NCBI GenBank assembly: GCA_964507055.1
Contig: CAZDOJ010000001.1
Coordinates: 13,210-77,209 of the forward strand
DNA: 64,000 bases
Direction of reading: 5' to 3'
From: an uncultured Gammaproteobacteria bacterium
GTDB lineage: Bacteria; Patescibacteriota; Microgenomatia; Levybacterales; UBA12049
A program made the translations under genes and the position numbers. Under the pieces are notes generated by a model. The model made no database searches, was not told where the DNA came from, and worked only from the letters and a program-made list of their open reading frames with translations. Within the stretch, counting starts at the first letter, position 1, and the number at the start of each line of letters is the position of its first letter. This document shows, piece by piece, positions 48,738 through 57,279 of the stretch.

Positions 48738-50768
48738 ATGAAAGAACTACTCAGAGCGAGAAAATCATTTTTGAGAGGAGAACCCCTCCGTCATAATCCT
48801 GGTGATGATGATCGGACCCAGGATAAATTTGCTAACGTACCACATGGTGGTCCCCAAAAAGAAGGAAGATTACCAGGAGAAAGAATTAGTGATCAACAGC
48901 GTGATGAGGTGCTATCCGGAGTTCTCAATAGTGAAGTAAAGATGCTCGTTTTGGCGGGAATGGTTCTGGACCCTGAAGTATACACTGCTGGAGATCTCGA
49001 TAGTATGATACGGGATATGCAACGTGGACAAAAAGGTTGGAATTTAAGTAGCAACATAGCATTCGGGTACTGTCTCAATTCTTTCGATGGGATTGGACTA
49101 GTCGCAAAAAGTGAACCTGTAAACGATCGGACGACCTTGGGATTTAAAGCAACACAAAGAGGCAAAGACACGTTACCAGTTATTGGACATCTCTTGGATT
49201 TCTCACTGAAACATCCAGATATAGCTTTGCGGCGTGTCTTTTCAACAACTGCTTCTCCTTCAAAGGCCACGGCTGAAGGCGAACAAGCTGGAGACTATAA
49301 AGTCCGTGCTCCCAAAAGACGATTTCGTATTCTTAAAGCACTCGTCGAGAACGAGGGGCCACTACGTGAGTCAGATATGCGAAAGCTTGTAAATAATTCA
49401 TCTGTTGAGTTGCATCTGGAAAGCCTTCATAACATTGGGCTTATAACTTATGAGAACACAAGAGTTGGTGCAGATCATATCACCTATACAGTTATTCCAG
49501 ATGCTATCTCTGATGTTCATGCTCTGCCTTCTATTCCAACGTCAACCGATAACCAGCTGCAATTACGTGCAGCATATATTACCTCAAAACTTTCGGGTGA
49601 AATTTCTCCAAAAGATGTATATGAACGATTAGTCGCTTTATTCCCACAATATAAAGAACGGGATCCTCGTGGTACAGAAAAGGTAATAAATAGAAAGCTC
49701 CATCACATGTCAATGCATGGATTTATAGAAAAAGGGAAACGCACAATAGACCGAAAAACAGATATCTCAGTAACTGAAGAACAGCGAGAAACTATAGCTG
49801 AGATCGTGGGAATTATTGATGCATTTCAGGCAGGAGATCCGACATTCTTAGCAGAAGGAGAACAGAAAGCTCGACGAATTATCCAAAATCCTGAGGCAGC
49901 AGCTACTCTTATGCGTAAGGCTCAGGAAAGTTCGCATACAGCTCTTGCTCTTGGTCAAGCAGAATTGAAGAGAAGATTAGTGACTTTTGCTGAACAAAGC
50001 GAAGGTCCGATAACAAGTGTGCTTGCTGCTGAATATCTGGAGCATCGTGTGGGTAAAAGTTATGCTGGTGCGATATTACGAGAACTTGCAAGAGAAGGAA
50101 AGATACAGGTTGAATCACGGGGTCAAGTTATAAGATATGGTCCTGTCGCTCCGCAGGAACAAGAGATCCCTTTGCCTGAAGATAAGCGAGGTTTAGAACA
50201 AGTTGCAGTTACGGTAAATGCGGAGATTAAGCCATTTGCTGATGGTATCAAGTTGCTTCTTGCTGCATATGCTTCACATACCGATCCTCAGTCAGAATCA
50301 GCTCTTGAAGTAATGGATCAAATTCGTTCTGTACGAGCACTGCCTGAATATGCACATCTCATTTCGAAACGTGATCAGATAGAACAACGGCTTGCTGTTA
50401 TTGCATCAGAAGAGGCTGGTATCGAGTTAGCGAATGAAGAACCCGTTGTAGAAACAGAAGTTGAGATGCAAGAAAATACGGAGGTTGTTCTGAAACCCCA
50501 AAATAGTCCAAAATCGAAGACAGTTGAGCTTCGTGAGCGAATTCAAGCCTTTAAGGATTTAGGAGTATCTGATTCTAGCGAAATTGCACAATGGATGGGT
50601 GTAAGTAGATCTACCATCACAAGACATATTCGGCAGATGCAAGCACAAGAAACACAAGAAGAACCCATACTTCCTGCAGTTGAAGATCAGCCATTAAGTG
50701 CATTAGATGCTGGGATTGATTGGAGTGGAGATGATGATCCTGATCCCGGTTTACAAAGAACACTTTAG
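48738..50768 (+). CDS. Tag-bearing island protein 17 (family C). It is a DNA-binding-like protein with a winged-helix-like segment and a C-terminal HTH.
   Basis: It ends 'AGIDWSGDDDPDPGLQRTL'. The N-terminal roughly 130 aa are paralogous to protein 18 ('...VLNSEVKMLVLAGMVLDPEVYTAGDL...GYCLNSFDGIGLVAKSE'). It has 'RRFRILKALVENEGPLRESDMRKLV' and the HTH 'SEIAQWMGVSRSTITRHIRQM'. Confidence 0.65.
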   Translation: MKELLRARKSFLRGEPLRHNPGDDDRTQDKFANVPHGGPQKEGRLPGERISDQQRDEVLSGVLNSEVKMLVLAGMVLDPEVYTAGDLDSMIRDMQRGQKGWNLSSNIAFGYCLNSFDGIGLVAKSEPVNDRTTLGFKATQRGKDTLPVIGHLLDFSLKHPDIALRRVFSTTASPSKATAEGEQAGDYKVRAPKRRFRILKALVENEGPLRESDMRKLVNNSSVELHLESLHNIGLITYENTRVGADHITYTVIPDAISDVHALPSIPTSTDNQLQLRAAYITSKLSGEISPKDVYERLVALFPQYKERDPRGTEKVINRKLHHMSMHGFIEKGKRTIDRKTDISVTEEQRETIAEIVGIIDAFQAGDPTFLAEGEQKARRIIQNPEAAATLMRKAQESSHTALALGQAELKRRLVTFAEQSEGPITSVLAAEYLEHRVGKSYAGAILRELAREGKIQVESRGQVIRYGPVAPQEQEIPLPEDKRGLEQVAVTVNAEIKPFADGIKLLLAAYASHTDPQSESALEVMDQIRSVRALPEYAHLISKRDQIEQRLAVIASEEAGIELANEEPVVETEVEMQENTEVVLKPQNSPKSKTVELRERIQAFKDLGVSDSSEIAQWMGVSRSTITRHIRQMQAQETQEEPILPAVEDQPLSALDAGIDWSGDDDPDPGLQRTL

Positions 50769-50810
50769 AAATGTCAGGTTCACTACAATGAAGTTTGTTA
50801 TAATCCCCAA

Positions 50811-53528
50811 ATGAAAGAACGATTTCGAGAAAGACGTATACAAAGGGAGGTTTTACGACATCATCCTGATCCGGGCGAACAGGATAAATTTTCGCAAGGT
50901 GGAGCACATCCTGAAGTTCCTGGTGAACGGAGAGAAAGAGTATCGACACAGAAGATTGATGAACTCCTGGCAGGAGTGTTTAATAATGAATCCAAGATGA
51001 TTGTCCTTGGTGGGATGATCCTCAATCCTCACTGGTATTCAGATCAGCAGCTTCATGATATGACAATGCGGATGCAACGAGGAGAGCGAGGATGGGGCAT
51101 TGGAAATCACATTCCCTTTGGTTACTGTCAGGATTCTTTTGATGATATCGGACTTGTTGCAAAAAATGAAATCGATGGGGCTCGCGATAGTTTAAAATAT
51201 CATGTGACCCAAGATGGTATTAGTGCACTTCCTGCTATTGGTCATCTACTTTCGTTTGTTGAAGAATCAGGCATCTCTTTGCATAGAACTTTCTCAACAA
51301 CGAGTACTCCTTCTTCAGCAGCGAGTATTGATTCTGAGGAAGAACATAATGATGATCGTGACATACGAAAACGTGCACCAAAGACAAGGTATAGAATTTT
51401 TAAACAATTACTTGCTCATGAAGGACCAATACAAAAAGTTGATTTACAAGAAAATCTCAACGTGAATGGGAGTTCTCTCGGGCACCATTTAAGAAACCTC
51501 AGTATTGAAGGTATGCTTGACTATCAAAGCTATTATGATGGTGAACCACTCGCTGTTACATATCGCATCAATGCAGATGCTTTTCAAAAGATAAACTATG
51601 ATGATCTTCCACGAGATGCAAGATCAACGATTACAACGATTACGAGACGAGTTGCTTTTATTGCTGCTCATATGGAAGGGACTGTTACTCCTGCTAAAGT
51701 GCATGAAAAATTGCTTGCTCTGTATCCTCAATATGCAGAGAGAACTGAGGGTCATGTTCGAAGCAGCGTGAATCGTGCCTTAACGCATCTTGCAAAACAT
51801 GAGTATCTACAGCGAGGAGAGATCTCTGCAGATCGTCCTTCATTAATCTCTTTAACTGATGAGCAGCGAGAAAGAATGCAACAACTTGTAACGATCATCG
51901 ATACATTCCAATCAGGTGATCCCGAATTCTTAGCACAAGGTGAGCAAAAAGCCCGCGAAATTTTAAATGATCCTCAAAGAGTAGCACGATTAATGAGACA
52001 CGCACAAGAAAATTCTAGAATAGCATTAGCTTTGGGGCCTGCGGAGTTAAAACAGATGATCATCGAAATCATTAAAGATAGTGACACACCATTATCCGGA
52101 GCGAGAATTGTGCCGTTGATGGACCATCGGATTGGACAGCCGTATGCAACAGCTTTATTAAAGCAATTATATGATGGTGGTGAAATAGCCTTGGTAAGTG
52201 AAGGAAGATCAAAATGGTATGGAAAACTTCAAGAAACAGGAGGTGTTGACGCATTACCCGAAGATAGAGATGGGTTAAGATCATCACTGCAACAAGTTAC
52301 TGCTGAATTTCAGCCATACGAAAATGGCCTGGGGCTTTTATTTGCTGCTTTAGACACGCATGATCCAGCGTCAGCAGATGCCCGAGAGGTTTTAAATCAG
52401 ATTGAATATGTCCGCATGGATCCTGAATATCGAAGACTTAAAGGTAGAATCGACACTATACAAGATAGGCTGGAGAGTTTCGCTGATGAAATTGAAGATG
52501 AAGCAGTTGCGGACGAAACTCAGGTTAGAAAAAGAACACCACGCCAAAGTTCGGTCGTCATTCGCCAACGGATAGATGCTTTTAGGGATTTAGGGATTAC
52601 CAATCAAAGCGAAATTGCACGTTGGATGGGCTTCTCTCCTGATAGTTTGAAATATCATTTCCAGTCGATGGACGATACGCTTAATAGAGCAATATCTCCT
52701 GAGCGAATGGCAAAAATTGATATATCCAGAGCATTGCGTGATCAGGATCAATTAACTCCCGCACAAATTGCAGAACGGATGGGTACCACTGAGAGTACAG
52801 CTCGTGCATATCTCGAACTTGCAGATGATGCTGAAAGGCTTGCAAATCAACGCGAAGTAACTTCTCCTTATCAAGATCGCCTTGTTAGAGTCCGCGAAAT
52901 GGAAGAAGAGTGGGGTGACATGATGCAAGTTACACCGATGGTTCATCAAATGGCTGCGGAGTTAGGCCTATCTGTTGCATCGATCCATAATTATCGAAGA
53001 GAACTTTTTGCGACACGTGCTCGAGCAGCAAGAGTACGGGAAGGCCAAATAGAACAGGTCCGAGCGATGACTGAAGAGTTACAGCAGCTTCCTAACCAAG
53101 AACGTGTATTAGTGATTGCTGAAAGACTAGGATTAAATCGATCAACTGTATATCGCTTTCAAGATAAAGCATTTGGAGTTGCAGAGCAAAGAAAAGTAGG
53201 AATTGCTGAGCGACGTGCACGGGTTGCCCAGCGTTCAGAAGAGCTTCGTGCAATGGGAATCCCTATAAAAGAAGCTGCAAAAGTTATTGCTGAAGAAGAA
53301 GGTGTCTCTCCTGGGACGATAATGTTGGACAGAAGAGCTTTATTACAATCACAGCGAGAAGCCACACAAGCAGAAAATCTATCATCTTCTGTAGAAGAAA
53401 CCATTGTTTATGAGGCAGATCATAGCTTGCCTGATCTTTCGTCAGAGCAATCATTAAATACCTTCAATGAAACAATTGACTGGTCTGGTGAAGATGATCC
53501 GGATATTGGACAACACAGGACACTTTAG
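50811..53528 (+). CDS. Tag-bearing island protein 18 (family C). It is a 905-aa protein with five tandem HTH-like repeats.
   Basis: It ends 'ETIDWSGEDDPDIGQHRTL'. The repeated HTHs are 'SEIARWMGFSPDSLKYHFQSM', 'QIAERMGTTESTARAYLELA', 'QMAAELGLSVASIHNYRREL', 'VIAERLGLNRSTVYRFQDKA' and 'KVIAEEEGVSPGTIMLDRRAL'. Confidence 0.65.
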   Translation: MKERFRERRIQREVLRHHPDPGEQDKFSQGGAHPEVPGERRERVSTQKIDELLAGVFNNESKMIVLGGMILNPHWYSDQQLHDMTMRMQRGERGWGIGNHIPFGYCQDSFDDIGLVAKNEIDGARDSLKYHVTQDGISALPAIGHLLSFVEESGISLHRTFSTTSTPSSAASIDSEEEHNDDRDIRKRAPKTRYRIFKQLLAHEGPIQKVDLQENLNVNGSSLGHHLRNLSIEGMLDYQSYYDGEPLAVTYRINADAFQKINYDDLPRDARSTITTITRRVAFIAAHMEGTVTPAKVHEKLLALYPQYAERTEGHVRSSVNRALTHLAKHEYLQRGEISADRPSLISLTDEQRERMQQLVTIIDTFQSGDPEFLAQGEQKAREILNDPQRVARLMRHAQENSRIALALGPAELKQMIIEIIKDSDTPLSGARIVPLMDHRIGQPYATALLKQLYDGGEIALVSEGRSKWYGKLQETGGVDALPEDRDGLRSSLQQVTAEFQPYENGLGLLFAALDTHDPASADAREVLNQIEYVRMDPEYRRLKGRIDTIQDRLESFADEIEDEAVADETQVRKRTPRQSSVVIRQRIDAFRDLGITNQSEIARWMGFSPDSLKYHFQSMDDTLNRAISPERMAKIDISRALRDQDQLTPAQIAERMGTTESTARAYLELADDAERLANQREVTSPYQDRLVRVREMEEEWGDMMQVTPMVHQMAAELGLSVASIHNYRRELFATRARAARVREGQIEQVRAMTEELQQLPNQERVLVIAERLGLNRSTVYRFQDKAFGVAEQRKVGIAERRARVAQRSEELRAMGIPIKEAAKVIAEEEGVSPGTIMLDRRALLQSQREATQAENLSSSVEETIVYEADHSLPDLSSEQSLNTFNETIDWSGEDDPDIGQHRTL

Positions 53529-53576
53529 TAGCAGCCTGTAGTAGAATTTTGAGCCTAAATTTGGTATAATCCGCAA

Positions 53577-56027
53577 ATGGTAGAACAAAGAGGACCAACT
53601 TCAGAAAAAGTTGTGACTGCAAACGGCCGTCAAGAACGTCGTAAGGGCCCGAAAAAGCGTGTAACGATGATCCACCTCATCCATACTGATGCTGCTGCTG
53701 AGGAGCATCTCACCCCATTTGAACAAGGTATTCGTGATGCCGTCCAAAGAAATCCTGAGCTTACTAAAAAAATTGGTGTATTCATGGAAGATACATCTAT
53801 GACAGCTGCTCAAACAGCTTTTATAAATGCTAAGATTTCAGCAGGCTCCCTTCCTTCAGAAGCAATGCTTGACTGGCATGTTAAGGAGTATCAGGAGCGT
53901 GAAAATGGGGCAGAACCATATGCGGAGGATGTTAAGAGACTTGGAGAAGTTCTTTCAACAGGATTTTATGGTAGAGCCAGAGAAATCGCAGATAGAACTT
54001 TTGCTGAATACCCAGGAAAACTTTTTCTTATTTCAGAAGGTCATGCTGAGCACACGCATGTTCATATTGATAAAGGACCACAACCGCAAACGAAACGAAG
54101 GGGGTTTTTCCCGAAACGCAAGGCTGAGGGACCCGCTCCTAAGAGCGAAGAAGAAATGTTGGAGGCAATGAAAGAGAGGATTGTGTCTTTATCATCCAGC
54201 CTTCGAGCTCGTGATACTAAGATAGTCCAAAATATCGACGAGGCACTGGCAAGAGATGACGTTGCTGAAGTGGTTGGATGGGTTGGGGCAGTACATACTC
54301 CCGTAGGGCATGAGTTAAGTAGGAAATATACAGTGAAGCGTATCTTTCCCGATAAGCAAGATGGTGTTTTTTTCTATTCTCCGGGACAACAGCTTACAAG
54401 GAAGGCAACAATGGATCCGGAATATATTCCTACTCATGCAGAAATTACTCAAACCCGTTTGTCTCACCAAGCCGCTCTTTCTGAGCTGAAAGCTGAAGGA
54501 GCAATCCCAGCAACCTATGACCGGCAGGGGCATGATGGTGCTATATCTCAACAAATAATTAGACGTGAATACGATTGGATGAAGAGGCAAAATACCCCTG
54601 AAGCTACTCCCAGGTTGGCAACTGTTGATATAGTGGCTCAAACTCTACGAGATCGGGAACAAGATTATGCGAGGATTAAGGCAGAAGAAGCCCGAGCTGC
54701 ACATCCGGACTATCCGTTTACACTGCGTATACAACCCGATCAACCAGAATGGGCGATTTTGAAAGCTGCAGGGATGTCTGCTGAAAAGATTAATTCAGGT
54801 ACATTTACTCGACAGGAATTACTCGATGCCGGCTTCTTATTCAAAAACACACTGAATTCAGGAGAAAAAGGAATTATAAGTGGAAAGATACCAGATCCAG
54901 AAGATCCAGAAAAAGAAATTGATTTTACAGGACGGAAGTTGTTAACGAGAGCGGAGGTAGAAATGGTATATGCGTATCAGCAACAACATCCTGAAGTTTA
55001 TGGACTACAAGGTCATGATATCGATGAAGTACGAAATGATATGTTGAGTTTCATGCGTGAAGCTGTGCGTACCGATCCCTTTGAATATAATAATGATTTT
55101 CTTCGTAAAGCACTTCCTTATGATCGAGCTCAAATGGGTTGGGAAATGGACTGGGAACAAGATGAGGCAGATCTGATAGAAAAATTCTGGAGAGCTGAAG
55201 AAAAGAAATATGTGCGAAGTGATCAAGATCCAGAAAAAACGAGAGATTCGAAATGGAGAGCCGCTTGGATACGTGTGAGAGAGAATTTTGCTCGAACACA
55301 ACTTGCTGATCTCTATACTTTGAAAGATGAAGGTACTAAAACTGCTTATTTTAACCGTAAAGAGGTGCGTGGTATCACAACAGAAACGAAAAATATGGTA
55401 CGTGGAGGAAGTGTTTTAAACGAGCCTTCGCCTTTTCTTGATAGTGGATTTTTCTTTGGTCGTAATATTGATATAGATCTTTGGATGAAAGAACAGACTG
55501 GTGATACTGAGGGCGTACACAGAAGGCTCAACGTAGTAAATGTCCATCTTATCGGTGCTCATCCAGAATTCCCGGGTTTTAGTGAAATGGGCACTCAAGG
55601 TTGGGATCAGCGATATATGACTCCAGGAGAATATGTACGAGAGCTCTATCCAGAAGATGAGGCAGTTCGTACCGCAGTACAGACTCAAGAAGCCACACTG
55701 GCTGCACAAGTCTTACATATAGATAAAATCATTAAAGAATCACATGTGCGATTACTAGCAGCTGTTAAAAAATGGGATGCGGAACGAGGAATATTAGGTC
55801 TAAAAGAAATTTTCAAGCGACCTGCATCAGAGTATGCTCCTCAGGCTAAAAATATTGTTGAAGGTGAAGACTATGGAGAAGCGTTACGGGTAGATTCCAC
55901 GGAAACAACAGTTGCGTCAGGAATGCCACAATTGAGCTCTGATAACACACCGCTTGCTGAGATTGATTTACAGATTGATTGGGGAGGAGAAGGAGATCCA
56001 GATCTTGGTGCACATAAGTCTCTATAA
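53577..56027 (+). CDS. Tag-bearing island protein 19 (family A with a roughly 450-aa C-terminal extension).
   Basis: It ends 'LQIDWGGEGDPDLGAHKSL'. It has 'KKIGVFMEDT', 'SLPSEAMLDW' and 'VVGWVGAVHTPVGHELSRKY'. A 'TGGTATAAT' box lies 6 nt before 'ATGGTAGAA'. Confidence 0.65.
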   Translation: MVEQRGPTSEKVVTANGRQERRKGPKKRVTMIHLIHTDAAAEEHLTPFEQGIRDAVQRNPELTKKIGVFMEDTSMTAAQTAFINAKISAGSLPSEAMLDWHVKEYQERENGAEPYAEDVKRLGEVLSTGFYGRAREIADRTFAEYPGKLFLISEGHAEHTHVHIDKGPQPQTKRRGFFPKRKAEGPAPKSEEEMLEAMKERIVSLSSSLRARDTKIVQNIDEALARDDVAEVVGWVGAVHTPVGHELSRKYTVKRIFPDKQDGVFFYSPGQQLTRKATMDPEYIPTHAEITQTRLSHQAALSELKAEGAIPATYDRQGHDGAISQQIIRREYDWMKRQNTPEATPRLATVDIVAQTLRDREQDYARIKAEEARAAHPDYPFTLRIQPDQPEWAILKAAGMSAEKINSGTFTRQELLDAGFLFKNTLNSGEKGIISGKIPDPEDPEKEIDFTGRKLLTRAEVEMVYAYQQQHPEVYGLQGHDIDEVRNDMLSFMREAVRTDPFEYNNDFLRKALPYDRAQMGWEMDWEQDEADLIEKFWRAEEKKYVRSDQDPEKTRDSKWRAAWIRVRENFARTQLADLYTLKDEGTKTAYFNRKEVRGITTETKNMVRGGSVLNEPSPFLDSGFFFGRNIDIDLWMKEQTGDTEGVHRRLNVVNVHLIGAHPEFPGFSEMGTQGWDQRYMTPGEYVRELYPEDEAVRTAVQTQEATLAAQVLHIDKIIKESHVRLLAAVKKWDAERGILGLKEIFKRPASEYAPQAKNIVEGEDYGEALRVDSTETTVASGMPQLSSDNTPLAEIDLQIDWGGEGDPDLGAHKSL

Positions 56028-56078
56028 CTTGAATATAAGGCTAAATTCAACTATAATACCCCGATACATTAGATAACT

Positions 56079-57275
56079 ATGACTGAGACACGAAAACCAA
56101 GAGAACCCTTCAAATTGAGTAAGCCAGTGAACCCAGCATACAGAGCAGCTTCAAAAAGATGGTCAGACCATCCAACGGCTGTAGACTTCACCAATTATGC
56201 TGACTACCACTGGGTTGAGAAATTTAATGAACATTCCAGAGCTGGAAATAAAATTGCAGCATTAGGATGGTTGCTGGCAGGACAAACCCGAAAGTCATTT
56301 ATGACCCGATATGATATCGTAGGTCGAAATGAAGTTGCTCCTCGGATGAGTGATGCTCAAAAGCAGACAATCAGTCGTTTTGAAACAGTCCAAAAAGTAA
56401 CAAATATCATAAAACGTGCACTTGAAGATAGTGAGACAAAAAAGCGTAGACCAAAGGAGCCACTTAGACATAGAATTGCTCGGTATAAGGATGTTTTTGA
56501 TTCAGCGAGAGCAAAAAGAAGAGAGAGAATCGATAATGGAGGAGGACTTTTTAATACGGCATTTTCTACATTTGTTCCAGATAAAGGAATTGAAAATGCA
56601 TATAAGAGTAAAGTAGCACGGCAATATGGACCATCTGATGAGGAGTCTGCTCAACAAGGGGTGGCTGAAAAAGAACCTAAAAACACTTTTGATATAGGTC
56701 ACGGATTGACCGTAGACTTTGATCAAGCTCGAGATGCTGGACTTGATGCCGTAGAAGGTAGATTGGGGCCGATAACTGGAAATGAGACTAACCAGGAACT
56801 AAATGCTCGAAAAGCAATCGCTGCAGAAGCAAGAAAAAAGGATATTCAAGGCCAATTAGATAAACAGCGTGCAGATTTTGATGCTGGACGTGAAAGTCAG
56901 GGGCTTGATCCAGTAGATCATGCAGGAGAACCAGATGCTGATGCTGCAATAGCAAAATACCTCGAAGCAAAAAAGACAACGTCGGAGACTCCGCAAGCTT
57001 CTGTACCGGATATGAAGGGTGTAAAAATAACAATGCCAGGATTTCTCAAAAGAGATCCTGATCGAAATAAAACCTTTGAGGAACGTACACTTGCAGAAGT
57101 TGCTAAACGTGTTGCAGAAGCCGAAGCTGCGAAACAGGCTTCAGTTTCCCAAAATCGAAATGGTATGCCTGAGTTATCAGATGATCAAAATGTGCCGCTA
57201 TCGACTCTGGATGAAAGTGTACAATGGGATGGCTCTGACAGTCCACGTGGGGTCGATGGGCCAAAGATGCGATAA
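56079..57275 (+). CDS. Island protein 20 with a degenerate tag. It is a basic, Lys/Arg-rich hypothetical protein.
   Basis: It ends 'ESVQWDGSDSPRGVDGPKMR'. It is the last plus-strand gene of the array and is convergent with the minus-strand operon, with a 4-nt gap. Confidence 0.55.
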   Translation: MTETRKPREPFKLSKPVNPAYRAASKRWSDHPTAVDFTNYADYHWVEKFNEHSRAGNKIAALGWLLAGQTRKSFMTRYDIVGRNEVAPRMSDAQKQTISRFETVQKVTNIIKRALEDSETKKRRPKEPLRHRIARYKDVFDSARAKRRERIDNGGGLFNTAFSTFVPDKGIENAYKSKVARQYGPSDEESAQQGVAEKEPKNTFDIGHGLTVDFDQARDAGLDAVEGRLGPITGNETNQELNARKAIAAEARKKDIQGQLDKQRADFDAGRESQGLDPVDHAGEPDADAAIAKYLEAKKTTSETPQASVPDMKGVKITMPGFLKRDPDRNKTFEERTLAEVAKRVAEAEAAKQASVSQNRNGMPELSDDQNVPLSTLDESVQWDGSDSPRGVDGPKMR

Positions 57276-57279
57276 CTTC

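Noticed and set aside
48738-53528. The multi-HTH proteins as IS or transposase fragments, which would make the island a mobile-element graveyard.
   Set aside because: No DDE or serine-recombinase catalytic region is present. There are no terminal inverted repeats. The proteins carry the same tag and promoter architecture as the rest of the array.
24938-57275. The tag as an LPXTG, PEP-CTERM or GlyGly-CTERM type sorting signal.
   Set aside because: Those signals are followed by a hydrophobic TM helix and a basic tail. Here the conserved motif is the extreme, hydrophilic and acidic C-terminus, with no hydrophobic stretch and no N-terminal signal peptide.
24938-57275. The tag as a type I secretion (RTX-like) C-terminal signal.
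   Set aside because: There are no GGxGxD nonapeptide repeats upstream of the tag. No ABC transporter, MFP or TolC gene is in the locus. The neighbouring ATPase has VirD4-like motifs, not ABC motifs.
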